Source of the DNA: a virus
Taxonomy: Duplodnaviria > Caudoviricetes
IMG/VR virus record: IMGVR_UViG_3300021062_000015
Span: 1 to 61,979 of that record
DNA: 61,979 bases
Direction: 5' to 3' (one strand)
Positions 34,549 to 43,986 of this stretch are shown in pieces. Within the stretch, counting starts at the first letter, position 1. The number at the start of each line of letters is the position of its first letter. A model generated the notes under the pieces. The model did no database searches, was not told where the DNA came from, and worked only from the letters and a program-made list of their open reading frames with translations. The translations under genes and the position numbers were made by a program.

Positions 34549-36069
34549 TTAGTAGTCTCCAATCACCGTCTCCCCATCCAGGAGGACTCCATCGCCATCG
34601 TCTTCAAACACAGGTTTCTCACGCAGACTATCGGGGACATAGTCTTTGAAGGGTCGTTTCGGAGGTTCGGGGGCCATCTTGGGAGCAGGGCGAGATCGCA
34701 GAGCGTAACGGATGGAGTCCCCTGCGTGATCGTCGCACGTCGTATCCACGTCTTCAGGTCGATCTGGATCATGGATCAGCTTCGGGATCGTTGTAATAGG
34801 TCCATGGTCCCCCTTGAGGCTGGGAATGTCGAAGAAAGCAATCCAGGCACGTTTAGGGAGATAGTCATGCTCCGTTCTTAGATGTTCCTCCTTCTTCTTT
34901 CCTTCAGGGGTCAGCATTCGGGGCATGGGACGCAAGAAAGCCGACATATGCTGCCATCCAGCCACACGATCTCCCTTTTGAGCTCTTACGATCGTCAACT
35001 TCCCATTCGCATACTTCTGCCAGAGCTCGTAATGGCTCATGTCTTGCGCTCGGACCACTTGAGAGTTTGCACTTCCCTTCGACCAACAGGCGTCATCCGC
35101 GTACCACACCACCCCAGGAGCTCCGGATAGGAGCCATTGCGCTTGCTGTTCATGCTCCCAACCGGCGCAGGAAATCCCGCGGTAAAAAACGATTGCTCCA
35201 TCTTCGGTGATACACCCTTCATTGGCCGACCATGGCTTGGCCCGTCCCCAATCGATCCCGCCGATTCGTGGATAAGACAATGGAATCCCCCATTGATCGG
35301 TATCTGGCCCAGGCTCCCAAGGAGCAATCACATGCACATCTTGGTCCCATTCCGTGAAATACTGCCCTTCAATCACATCCCAAGAGCCATCCATGAGGGC
35401 TTTACGCATATGCTCTGGAAGAGACCCGAGGGTTTCAGTGAAGTAACTCGGATGCAAATGCGGATTATCCGTCGCCTTCGCTCGTACATAGCCGAAATAC
35501 TCAGGCTTCAGGGCTTCAGGCTCATGGCGAAAGTCGCTGTCCACCCACAACTTTTTAACCCATAAATGGCCGATCCCAGTTGGGTTCGTTCCTGCAGCAA
35601 ACTTACAATGCTCAAGTCCAGGCCAGCGCAGGCGCCAGATCAGGTTATCAAAGACAGGTCGCTCATTGAGGGTTAACTCCTCCACACCCATCGCTCCGAA
35701 CTCAGCAGAACGGTACTTTCCAGGGTCATCCAGGTTCAAACAACGAATAATCCCGCTGCCCCACTGCTCGTGAAGACGGAATTCTCGCAAAGTCCCATGC
35801 CACGTTCCGAGCCATTCAGGAAACTCAGTTACGATCTTACTAATCTGCCTGCTTTGAAGAGCTGGATAATCCTCACAAAAGAGGCCGGTCTCAACTCGTT
35901 TCAGCCCATATTTCTTAAAGACAGAAATCAGAAAGACAACAAGGAACCATCTAAGCCAGAACGATTTACCCCCACCACCAGCGCCTCCATAGAGGGTATA
36001 CTTCTTTCTCTTCGTTACGTCGAAAGCTTCCCGCTGCCGAGGAGTGAATTCTGGGAACTTAGCGGTCAC
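34549..36069 (-). CDS. terL: Terminase large subunit
   Basis: Walker A YGGAGGGGKS, Walker B GVEEL, TNPTGIGHLWVK, nuclease GIDWG and DHAGDSIRY. Confidence 0.95.
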   Translation of the reverse strand: MTAKFPEFTPRQREAFDVTKRKKYTLYGGAGGGGKSFWLRWFLVVFLISVFKKYGLKRVETGLFCEDYPALQSRQISKIVTEFPEWLGTWHGTLREFRLHEQWGSGIIRCLNLDDPGKYRSAEFGAMGVEELTLNERPVFDNLIWRLRWPGLEHCKFAAGTNPTGIGHLWVKKLWVDSDFRHEPEALKPEYFGYVRAKATDNPHLHPSYFTETLGSLPEHMRKALMDGSWDVIEGQYFTEWDQDVHVIAPWEPGPDTDQWGIPLSYPRIGGIDWGRAKPWSANEGCITEDGAIVFYRGISCAGWEHEQQAQWLLSGAPGVVWYADDACWSKGSANSQVVRAQDMSHYELWQKYANGKLTIVRAQKGDRVAGWQHMSAFLRPMPRMLTPEGKKKEEHLRTEHDYLPKRAWIAFFDIPSLKGDHGPITTIPKLIHDPDRPEDVDTTCDDHAGDSIRYALRSRPAPKMAPEPPKRPFKDYVPDSLREKPVFEDDGDGVLLDGETVIGDY

Positions 36070-36566
36070 ACAACTTCCAGACTGCTATCCCATTGGATCG
36101 TCAGGCCACCCTTACTATTCGGAGATACATCCAGCTTATCTTTGAGAAACCCAGCTGCCTTGCCGATTAACTCCATAGCTTTGATGTCATCAGAAAGCGT
36201 TGTCTCGAGTCCTCGCTTCGTTTTAATGATACTGCGGACTGCATGCCGATCAGTCCGAGTAAACGCTTCCTCTACGACAAGGCCCTGCTCGTCGACAAAG
36301 TCTAAGACACTAGCCTTCGCTTTCTCACTCAGCATCGCGAAATACTCTCGTCGAGTCATCCCGATATCGTTTTCCACCAGCTCCCGCTGTTTAGCCAAGA
36401 TCTTCTGAAAGTTAGGGTTTGTCAGCAACTTACAGCTTTCGACCGTAGCTGTGCGTAGCTTCACATGAGGTCGTGCTTTGAGATAGGCTTGAGCCCCATT
36501 CTCGTTGTTTTTGAGATACTCGACGGCGAACTTCTCCCACCAAAGAGGTATTTGGCCCTTTCTCAT
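36066..36566 (-). CDS. terS: Terminase small subunit
   Basis: KFAVEYL..NGAQAY HTH and KAMELIGK motif; ATG at 36566 with GGAGGGGG RBS. Confidence 0.85.
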   Translation of the reverse strand: MRKGQIPLWWEKFAVEYLKNNENGAQAYLKARPHVKLRTATVESCKLLTNPNFQKILAKQRELVENDIGMTRREYFAMLSEKAKASVLDFVDEQGLVVEEAFTRTDRHAVRSIIKTKRGLETTLSDDIKAMELIGKAAGFLKDKLDVSPNSKGGLTIQWDSSLEVV

Positions 36567-36730
36567 TTCCCCCTCCGATTTAAGAGTTCCTTCGTCAGTT
36601 GATTGGAGAGGAATCGTAGCTGGCAAGGCCGGAGGGACTTGAAGGAAATTGCTCCCTCTGTGATCTGACGTCGTAGAATCCAGTAACGAAGGCGAGATAC
36701 CTTCTCATCAAACTCGTAATCTGCTCCCAT
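36563..36730 (-). CDS. 55-aa hypothetical protein, first late gene
   Basis: MGADYEFDEKVSRLRYWILRR...; TGA overlaps the terS ATG. Confidence 0.5.
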   Translation of the reverse strand: MGADYEFDEKVSRLRYWILRRQITEGAISFKSLRPCQLRFLSNQLTKELLNRRGK

Positions 36731-36789
36731 AGGATCCACCTATCGGTTGCGCCCCCAGGTCCCCACACCACCCCATCATCCAATGAGGG

Positions 36790-36831
36790 AAATAAAAAAG
36801 GCGAGCCCGCGCTTCACGCGCAAACTCGCCT
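36790..36831 (-). terminator. Intrinsic terminator ahead of the late genes
   Basis: AGGCGAG/CTCGCCT stem followed by TTTTTATTT. Confidence 0.75.
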
Positions 36832-36865
36832 GTGTAAAAACATTGAAGGCTATTTCTTAGATACT

Positions 36866-36894
36866 TACTTACTCTAAGTCAGAGAGAGTGTCAA
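36866..36894 (-). promoter_or_regulatory. Candidate late promoter
   Basis: TTGACA-17-TAAGTA. Confidence 0.4.
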
Positions 36895-36899
36895 TCTAC

Positions 36900-37568
36900 T
36901 CAGTACCTTGCAGGCCTCAACTTCTTCTCTCCATAGTCCTTAACGAAATCGAGAATGCCATCGGTGAATAACGCCTCCCTTGATCGCTCGAAGCTGTTAG
37001 TAGTAGTGACCTTGTCGAACTTCGAACTCATCCCCTTGGTCTCTATGTACCTTCCATTTTCCGACCAACTTGCGTGCCGATTCGTTGTCACGCTTTTTAT
37101 GCGAGAACTCTCGATCCTCTCATACGTTTCAGTGAAAGAGATTCTTCCATCATTCCCGCCCAGAACCTTCACTCCCTCCTTGCGCTCCAAGACGTACTTT
37201 GCCTGGGCCAAAGGCATCCCTGCACTCAACTCCATGTAGGGGAACCATCGGTCTCGTGAAGTGTCACTTGCTTTCTCAGAGACTCTTCCCATTGATTCAT
37301 TCATGTAATCATTCGCGTAAGGCCCTTTTTTGTAGATCACTTTCAACTGTCCTTCTACCTCGTCCTCCACTTGGAAGATGAAGTTAGAGGCACCCGTCCC
37401 GCCCTCACTTGCGTGGACCACGAGCCAGCCTTTCACTTCTTTAGCTGGAAGACGTTGGGAGTTTTCAAAAGATTCTCCAAAAAGACGGATCACCAGCACT
37501 ACCAGGAAAATAATCGCCCCAAAGAGGAGCTTTCCGCCTACCCATGAGATGTGACGCTGAGAGAACAT
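36900..37568 (-). CDS. Membrane-anchored accessory protein
   Basis: N-terminal TM helix; downstream of the repressor. Confidence 0.65.
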   Translation of the reverse strand: MFSQRHISWVGGKLLFGAIIFLVVLVIRLFGESFENSQRLPAKEVKGWLVVHASEGGTGASNFIFQVEDEVEGQLKVIYKKGPYANDYMNESMGRVSEKASDTSRDRWFPYMELSAGMPLAQAKYVLERKEGVKVLGGNDGRISFTETYERIESSRIKSVTTNRHASWSENGRYIETKGMSSKFDKVTTTNSFERSREALFTDGILDFVKDYGEKKLRPARY

Positions 37569-37837
37569 TATTGATCCTGCTTTTCTATCTTCCTCACTTT
37601 AAACCACACCCTCTCTATCTTGCTATCAGACTTCGATAGCAAACTCCACTCCCACGACTCTCCAGTTTCCGTATCCAGCAACACAGAAGATTTCTCATCC
37701 TGATCTACCACACTGTAAATCTGATACCGCCCTCTAAACGCAGAATCTGCAGCAGCGTGCCCCTTATCTCCACCGCCAATCAAACTCCCAAAAATAAACA
37801 TGCACACACAAAGAATGCAGATGTTTTGTGTTTTCAT
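37568..37837 (-). CDS. Small exported accessory protein
   Basis: Signal-like N-terminus; GRYQI...LLDTETGESW motif. Confidence 0.65.
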   Translation of the reverse strand: MKTQNICILCVCMFIFGSLIGGGDKGHAAADSAFRGRYQIYSVVDQDEKSSVLLDTETGESWEWSLLSKSDSKIERVWFKVRKIEKQDQ

Positions 37838-38109
37838 GAATTGACTGCTTCAGGTTGCTTAGGAGGATCAAATTTCGTTAAGAACATCCGACTTTCCTTG
37901 GATGGATTCTTTTCAATCTCAGTCGGGAGCCATGCCACAATTTTCTCTCCGATTTCAGGCCACTCCTTCGTAAGTCCACGCACATGCTGCCTGATCTCCT
38001 CTCTCCTATCCTCAGTCTTAGCGTTGTGAAACATCAACTTTACAAAATCCCAAAATTCGCATGTAGCGTGAATCGTCAATCCCTCCATAGGGGATTGTGT
38101 TTCGCCCAA
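37834..38109 (-). CDS. Hypothetical protein
   Basis: TGA overlaps the next ATG; start uncertain. Confidence 0.5.
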   Translation of the reverse strand: MGETQSPMEGLTIHATCEFWDFVKLMFHNAKTEDRREEIRQHVRGLTKEWPEIGEKIVAWLPTEIEKNPSKESRMFLTKFDPPKQPEAVNS

Positions 38110-38190
38110 GATTGCTACTGAATCAAGCGAAATTAGTCATTTCTGTCATTTTAACTACATTTTGTGAACAACTGTGAATAAGTAGTATCC

Positions 38191-38652
38191 CTACTTCTTC
38201 AAAGTTTCATCCCACCAGGCGATAATCTTATCGGCAAAGGCTGGGTTTCTTTCAGAAAGCTTTCGCATTAACATGCGATATTCCGCTCGCCTATCTTCAC
38301 TGAGTTTCGGCCAGCGTTGATGGATGTCCTTCCAAAGAATCATTGTTTCTTCAGAGAATTCACGTCTCTTCGGGTCGTCAGTGATTGACTCATCAGGAAA
38401 AAAGGATTTGCGAATCGATTTTTGTCGCGCAGCCCACTCGTCGAGTTTATGGAAAACCATCTCCTGCACTGGCAAGGGAGGCACTCGTCCCCCAGGAGCT
38501 TCACCTTTAAGCCAACGCCCTACCGTGGTCTGATCATAGCCGCCGATTATCTCCGCGACGTCTGATTGGCGTAGTCCAAGCTCATCCATTCTCCTCTGCA
38601 GTCCAGTAGCAAAATCAATCACTATCGTCGTTCCATTCATAGAAATTAGCAC
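38191..38652 (-). CDS. CI-like XRE HTH repressor
   Basis: LQRRMDELGLRQSDVAEIIG..QTTVGRWLKG HTH; divergent from the early operon; no S24 peptidase domain. Confidence 0.8.
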   Translation of the reverse strand: MLISMNGTTIVIDFATGLQRRMDELGLRQSDVAEIIGGYDQTTVGRWLKGEAPGGRVPPLPVQEMVFHKLDEWAARQKSIRKSFFPDESITDDPKRREFSEETMILWKDIHQRWPKLSEDRRAEYRMLMRKLSERNPAFADKIIAWWDETLKK

Positions 38653-38692
38653 AAATCCTATATATCGGAAAAGTGTAACACATTTCTGAAGA

Positions 38693-38736
38693 AATATGAC
38701 AAAGTCATATTGACATCGTCGTATGACAATGGCATA
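38693..38736. promoter_or_regulatory. Two operator palindromes flanking a TTGACA box
   Basis: AATATGAC-AAA-GTCATATT (38693-38711) and TATGAC-AAT-GGCATA (38722-38736); TTGACA at 38710-38715. Confidence 0.75.
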
Positions 38737-39248
38737 GAGACACCGTCACATTGATTGTGACCGGCACGGGCGCCGTAAAACAACTGGTAGCGCAGAATGA
38801 AAAAGAGATCTAAAACTCCAAATTCTTTAACGGCATCAAGTCGCATTCGGTTTCGTCTTGAGCGTTCATCGCTTACTGCGTTGCCAACCCTAGCCCGGTT
38901 TGCGGCTTTGATGCCCTTCAAGAATTCGAGCGCGAGCTTAGCGGACTTGGGACTGAGTGACGGGAGAGGCAGCATATTTGAAGGAGAGGGTCATTTAGTT
39001 TCGTCCCCCTTATACGTCAAGAGGGGCAAAGAGAGGTATGGGGTATTTACCCGCTATGTAGCATCACCCCTAAACCATTGCAAGTCATGAATCTACCCAA
39101 TCATTCCGACACCGCTTTCGCCAGCCTCTTTTATCAAGAGCTTGCTGAGTTTACTCCCACGTCCGTGTTACTGGACGACGATTTAGTCCGCGATTCAGAA
39201 GCGGACATCCTGTCCGAAATCAAACCAACCAACTGATCCTATCCTATT

Positions 39249-40325
39249 ATGTTCAAAACCCAAGAAGATCCTATCAAGCCGGAATTCGATGTCGTTACAT
39301 CGGATTCATTACAATCCCTCACGCGAGCGGAGATCGATATTCAGATCGCCACCGCACACCGCTTCCCTCGGTCGCTGTCCAAATTCAAGCAAAAGGCTTT
39401 GGAAATGGCCACGCTCGACCAGGAGACTGCGGAGTCTTGTTTCTACTGTCTGCCTCGAGGTGGAAAGCAGATCCAAGGACCATCGGCTCGCTTAGCTGAA
39501 ATCGTCGCTTCGGCTTGGGGAAATATCCGGGCTGGAGCTCGGGTTATCGCCAACGACGGGAAGACCATCACATCACAAGCTATCTGCCATGATCTCGAAA
39601 CCAACACCGCCATCACCATCGAAGTTAAACGCCGCATCACGGACAAAGCGGGCAAAACCTTCACCGAAGACATGCAAGTGGTCGCTGGCAACGCAGCTTG
39701 TTCGATCGCGCTTAGGAACGGTTTATTTAAGACGATCCCCTTTGCGTACGTCCGCAGCATCTACGAAGAAGCCAAGAGGACGGCAATTGGCGATGCTACG
39801 ACGCTTGTGCAGAGAAGAACGCACGCTCTCCAACATTTTGCGAAAATGGGCATTGCAGAAGCTCGCGTCCTCTCTGTCCTTGGAAAAGCCAAACTCGAAG
39901 ATGTCGGACTCGAGGATCTCGAGACGCTCACGGGTATTAAAACGGCCATCAAAGAAGGGGATGTCACGCTCGACGAAGCATTCCCGGAAGTAGCTCCAGT
40001 CAATAAACCCAAAATCTCGAAGGAGACTCCCAAAGCTCCCGAGCCAGCCAAACAAGAAGCTTCTCCCGCGGCACCCGTTGAAGCCCTAAGCCCTACGCCA
40101 CCTATCAGCCACGTTCTTTCAGACACAGGAGGAGAGAAGACCCAGAAGATGCTCGCCCTATGCAAAGAGCACGATCTGGAAGTCTCCCTTGCCCGTGAAT
40201 ACCTCCAGGCAATGGGCCACGAGAGCTTTGAAGAAATGGCAGATGGTTATTTTCAATCTGTCATCTCCAAACCCGCAAGATTCGTTTCTCTCATTAAATC
40301 GTCGATGAAAGCAGGTGCCAAGTGA
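39249..40325 (+). CDS. Putative single-strand annealing recombinase
   Basis: EIDIQIATAHRFPR...YCLPRGGKQIQGPSARLAE family motif; paired with an exonuclease. Confidence 0.55.
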   Translation: MFKTQEDPIKPEFDVVTSDSLQSLTRAEIDIQIATAHRFPRSLSKFKQKALEMATLDQETAESCFYCLPRGGKQIQGPSARLAEIVASAWGNIRAGARVIANDGKTITSQAICHDLETNTAITIEVKRRITDKAGKTFTEDMQVVAGNAACSIALRNGLFKTIPFAYVRSIYEEAKRTAIGDATTLVQRRTHALQHFAKMGIAEARVLSVLGKAKLEDVGLEDLETLTGIKTAIKEGDVTLDEAFPEVAPVNKPKISKETPKAPEPAKQEASPAAPVEALSPTPPISHVLSDTGGEKTQKMLALCKEHDLEVSLAREYLQAMGHESFEEMADGYFQSVISKPARFVSLIKSSMKAGAK

Positions 40326-40696
40326 TCGACCAAAACGGCATCCGCTACCGTCTCCTTAGTGTAGGCGAGTCTATCCGCCCAGGAGATGAATCCCTGGCTT
40401 TCGCCGATCTCGAAGGAGGGTGGAAACCAGAGTCTATCGGATTCACTTACGACCAAGCTTTTGCAGAGACCCACGCCGTCCGCAGAAGGATCCTGGATGT
40501 CACAGGCAAGAAGTACGAATGCCAACACCACACCGTCTCTAATCTCGCATTACTCACGCCGCTCATTGATGAGGGTTGGAGAATCCTTTTCGCCCGTCAT
40601 CTCAAGACAGGGAGAGATATCGAAGTCCTCCTTCACAGAGGAGATCCCGCCACCGTCGTCGCCCAAGCCGTCCGTCCAGATCCTATGTCCCATTGA
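40322..40696 (+). CDS. Hypothetical protein
   Basis: GTGA-coupled; YRLLxxGExIxxGDE motif shared with 50470..50877. Confidence 0.6.
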   Translation: MIDQNGIRYRLLSVGESIRPGDESLAFADLEGGWKPESIGFTYDQAFAETHAVRRRILDVTGKKYECQHHTVSNLALLTPLIDEGWRILFARHLKTGRDIEVLLHRGDPATVVAQAVRPDPMSH

Positions 40697-40700
40697 TTTT

Positions 40701-41792
40701 ATGATCCGCGCCTCATCTCTTTATCGTTATCGTCTCTGCCCAGGCTCCCTAGCCTTGGAAGCCAAGTGCCCCGAGTTACCTCCGTCAGAGGATGCTTCCG
40801 CTGGCGCACTCCAACACGCAGTTTTATCCGGTACTGCGGATATGAAGCTCCTTACATCCGAGCAACGCGCTGCCGTCCAGTGGTGTCACGCGGATACCGA
40901 GTTACTCATTGAAAGGACCTTTGGAGAGGTAAGGCCTAAGATCTTCTGCGAAATCGAGATGGACTTAGATGGATTCATTTCTGGCCACCCAGATTTCATC
41001 GCAGTGCATAAAGACACAGCCATCGTCCTAGATCGAAAGTTCGGCAGAAACGAAGTCGATCCAGCGGAGATTAACGACCAAATCCGTGCTTACTCTCTCA
41101 TGACTCAAGAGACTTTCGGAGTTGAATACGTCTTAGGCGGAATTCAACAACCTCACGCATCACTTGACTCCCGTCGCTCGCTTACCATGTACGGGCCAAA
41201 AGAATTATCCGAAGCCAAGATCGATCTTAAAACCGTCCACAACGAAGCCCAGAAGCCAGATGCACCTTTAAATCCTGGCAAGGAGCAATGTCGGTATTGC
41301 CGAGCCAAAGCCATTTGTCCAGCAGTCTCCAAGTGGGAAAGCTCCATCGTTAAACTCGATCTAAGTCTTATTCCCATGGAGCACGCGGCCGAGCTCTACG
41401 TCCAAGCCGATGTCTTAGGCAAACGCTCCGCAGAGGTTAAACAGATCATTTACAACATGGTCCAGAATGCCCAGGCAGAGAACCGTCCTACACCAGGTTT
41501 CGAGCTCAAACCAGGCATTCCCAAACGCCAAGTGGAATCAGCGCAAGCCGCCTTCGATGCCCTCCGCTCCCTCTGTCCTGATCTTAAAGATGAAGTTTTC
41601 GCCCGCCTCTTTACCGAGTGCTGTTCCGTAGGCATTGGAGCGTTAGATAGCCTCGTAGCTCGTGCCAAGAACTTATCCGAAGGTAATGCAAAGAAATTAG
41701 TTACCGGCGCTCTCAAAGAAGCCGGCTGCCTCTCCTACACGAAACCCCAAGCCTCTCTGAAGTTAGTCAAAGAAGAAAAAGCCGCCGCGTGA
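40701..41792 (+). CDS. PD-(D/E)XK Cas4-like exonuclease (DUF2800-like)
   Basis: RASS..RYRLCPGS, GHPDF, VLDRKFG, QCRYCRAKAICP. Confidence 0.8.
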   Translation: MIRASSLYRYRLCPGSLALEAKCPELPPSEDASAGALQHAVLSGTADMKLLTSEQRAAVQWCHADTELLIERTFGEVRPKIFCEIEMDLDGFISGHPDFIAVHKDTAIVLDRKFGRNEVDPAEINDQIRAYSLMTQETFGVEYVLGGIQQPHASLDSRRSLTMYGPKELSEAKIDLKTVHNEAQKPDAPLNPGKEQCRYCRAKAICPAVSKWESSIVKLDLSLIPMEHAAELYVQADVLGKRSAEVKQIIYNMVQNAQAENRPTPGFELKPGIPKRQVESAQAAFDALRSLCPDLKDEVFARLFTECCSVGIGALDSLVARAKNLSEGNAKKLVTGALKEAGCLSYTKPQASLKLVKEEKAAA

Positions 41793-42634
41793 GTCAGAAA
41801 TTGTATCAAATCAAGGATTGGAACGTGCACTTCGAAAACTACAAGTCTCGCGTCTTGGACCAGTGTGGGTTCGTCTGTGTGCCCAATAAGCAACACGGCA
41901 TGGGTTTTACCAGGATCATGCTAGATCCGAACGGGGCCGCTGTTTACGGGATTTGGCAGCTCATCGTGGGCGCCTGCTCCCAACAACGAAAACCTCGTCA
42001 AGGATGGCTCACGGATAATGGCAAACCCGATGGCCATCCATGGACCGCAGAAGACCTCGCGTTGAAGTTTAGACGCCCGATTGAAGAGATCCAAAACGCC
42101 CTAAAAGTACTCTCCTCTCCGGCCATTGGGTGGTTAGTAATACAAGACTTCTCCGCTCAAGATACTGCAGTATCCCGCACCCATCCCCGCAGTATCCCGC
42201 AAGAAACCCCGCAGTATCTTGAGGAAGTCCCCGCAGTATCTGAAGCGGAACCCCGCAATATTCCGAGCGGAGGTGACGAAAGAAAGAAAGAAAGAAAGAA
42301 AGAAGGAAAGGAAGGCGGAGACTCCGCTCCGCAACCTTCCCGCACTTTGGAAAATCCCGCAGATGCGGAGATCGGACATGCGGAGATCAACCTCATTGGA
42401 CTAACTGCAGCCTTTCCGTGGCTGGATGTCCGTCACGAGTTCGAGAAATACAAAAAACATTGTCGCATCAACCATCGCAAGATCGATTCCGAGCGGTTCA
42501 CCAGCTGGCTCAATCGTTGCGAGCGTCCAGTCATCGTCGAGGATGCAGCCGTCAAACCACCCAAAGTCTACTCCGCCGCCGAGCACGAAGCCGCTCGGAA
42601 AGAACGCTTCAAAGAACATCTTGCCGACACATGA
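41789..42634 (+). CDS. Replication initiator protein
   Basis: wHTH-like N-terminus, internal iterons, directly upstream of DnaB. Confidence 0.75.
   Translation: MSQKLYQIKDWNVHFENYKSRVLDQCGFVCVPNKQHGMGFTRIMLDPNGAAVYGIWQLIVGACSQQRKPRQGWLTDNGKPDGHPWTAEDLALKFRRPIEEIQNALKVLSSPAIGWLVIQDFSAQDTAVSRTHPRSIPQETPQYLEEVPAVSEAEPRNIPSGGDERKKERKKEGKEGGDSAPQPSRTLENPADAEIGHAEINLIGLTAAFPWLDVRHEFEKYKKHCRINHRKIDSERFTSWLNRCERPVIVEDAAVKPPKVYSAAEHEAARKERFKEHLADT
42163..42316 (+). repeat. Replication origin: five 22-bp-spaced iterons plus a GAAA tract
   Basis: CCCCGCAGTATC at 42185, 42207, 42229, variants at 42163 and 42251, then (GAAA)n. Confidence 0.8.
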
Positions 42635-43986
42635 ACCTGATCCTCTCCCAACTTTTTGCCGTCCTGCTGCTTATGAGCGAACCTGCCGTCCAAACCATGC
42701 CTCAATCAAACGAGGCAGAGATCGCCGTCCTTGGCGCCTTTCTCACGAGCGAGGATGCCGTTGCAGATTTCGCTTCTCGGGTCTCCAAAGATCATTTTTA
42801 CCAACGCTCCCACGGAATCATTTTTTCCTCGATCGAAGCCCTGCACAACGAGGGTAAACCCGCCGATCTCATCACCGTCACCGACCACCTGCGCACCGCT
42901 GGAAAGTTAGATGAAATCGGAGGCAGTTTTTACCTTTCACGCCTCACGGTCGCCTTCCCTACCTCTGCCCACTGCGAGCAATACGTCGAGATCCTGGATG
43001 CCAAGTACCGCTTACGCCGAATCCTCGAGAGCGCAGCCGATGTCACCGCGTCGATTTACACCGGATCCGAACTCGCCGAAGTCCTGCCGAAATTGGAAGA
43101 GAGTGTGTTCGAGATCGCCGAGAGCCGCAAGACCGAGAACCTCACCACTTCGTCCGTCGATTACTTCGTCGCCGAAGTGCAGCGCAAAATCAATGGCGAG
43201 AAAGTTACGGGCATGAAGACAGGGGTTTTCGAGTGGGATCGCGCCGTAGGAGGTCTCGTCAAATCTCGATTGTACGTCATCGCTGCAAGGCCAGGGGATG
43301 GCAAGACCGCACTGGCTACCCAGATGATCCGCAGATTTTGCAACGAGAAAGAGCCCGTCATGATCTTCTCGCAGGATATGGCGCCAGAGATGTTCATCGC
43401 TCGCGCAGCGTGCAGCGAAGCAGGCTTTGCCTACTCCGATTACGAAGCCAATCGCCTATCAGCGCTGAGCCTTCGCACCATCGAGCGAGCCGCATTAAGC
43501 CTCAAAGCTTCCCCCCTTCACATCCATTCCCCATCGTCACTGACTGCTACAGAATTTCGTTCCGCAGTACGCAAAGCCAAGAGACTCCATGGCATCAAAG
43601 CCGTGTTCTTAGATCATATTCAACTCATCGATACTGGGAAGGACGAGTTACGCGAGGGACTTACCAAAGCATCCTTACAAATCGTTCGGTCCGTTAAAGA
43701 CACCGGTATACCCCACGTCATTATCTCACAATTGAATCGTGAGGCCGAGAAGACGGGGAGACCTAGTCCGAGTCACATCAAAGAGTTCGACCAGTTATTC
43801 GCCGATTGCGACGTCATGGCGTTGATTTACAGCGAGGTTAGTCCAGCCACGTTAGCTCCAGGTCAGATGCGACCGATGAAGATCTACTTTGGAAAGAACC
43901 GCTACGGCTCCCAGACCGAGGAAGAAATGCTCTTCGATGGACAAACGCTTAATTTCCGATCCAAAGCCTTTGGAGGGCGGGTATGA
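42631..43986 (+). CDS. dnaB: DnaB-like replicative helicase
   Basis: PQSNEAEIAVLG N-domain, AARPGDGKT, VFLDHIQL, ISQLNR. Confidence 0.92.
   Translation: MNLILSQLFAVLLLMSEPAVQTMPQSNEAEIAVLGAFLTSEDAVADFASRVSKDHFYQRSHGIIFSSIEALHNEGKPADLITVTDHLRTAGKLDEIGGSFYLSRLTVAFPTSAHCEQYVEILDAKYRLRRILESAADVTASIYTGSELAEVLPKLEESVFEIAESRKTENLTTSSVDYFVAEVQRKINGEKVTGMKTGVFEWDRAVGGLVKSRLYVIAARPGDGKTALATQMIRRFCNEKEPVMIFSQDMAPEMFIARAACSEAGFAYSDYEANRLSALSLRTIERAALSLKASPLHIHSPSSLTATEFRSAVRKAKRLHGIKAVFLDHIQLIDTGKDELREGLTKASLQIVRSVKDTGIPHVIISQLNREAEKTGRPSPSHIKEFDQLFADCDVMALIYSEVSPATLAPGQMRPMKIYFGKNRYGSQTEEEMLFDGQTLNFRSKAFGGRV

Noticed and set aside
34288-36408. Long plus-strand ORFs opposite the terminase genes (34288, 35137, 35770)
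   Set aside because: Antisense shadows with no motifs or expression signals
42163-42262. CRISPR mini-array
   Set aside because: 12-bp repeats with 10-bp spacers inside the initiator gene fit iterons; no cas operon (the Cas4-like gene is a recombination exonuclease)
40386-42630. Extended N-termini given by the ORF track for the exonuclease (40386) and DnaB (42418)
   Set aside because: They overlap upstream genes; family motifs start at 40701 and 42631
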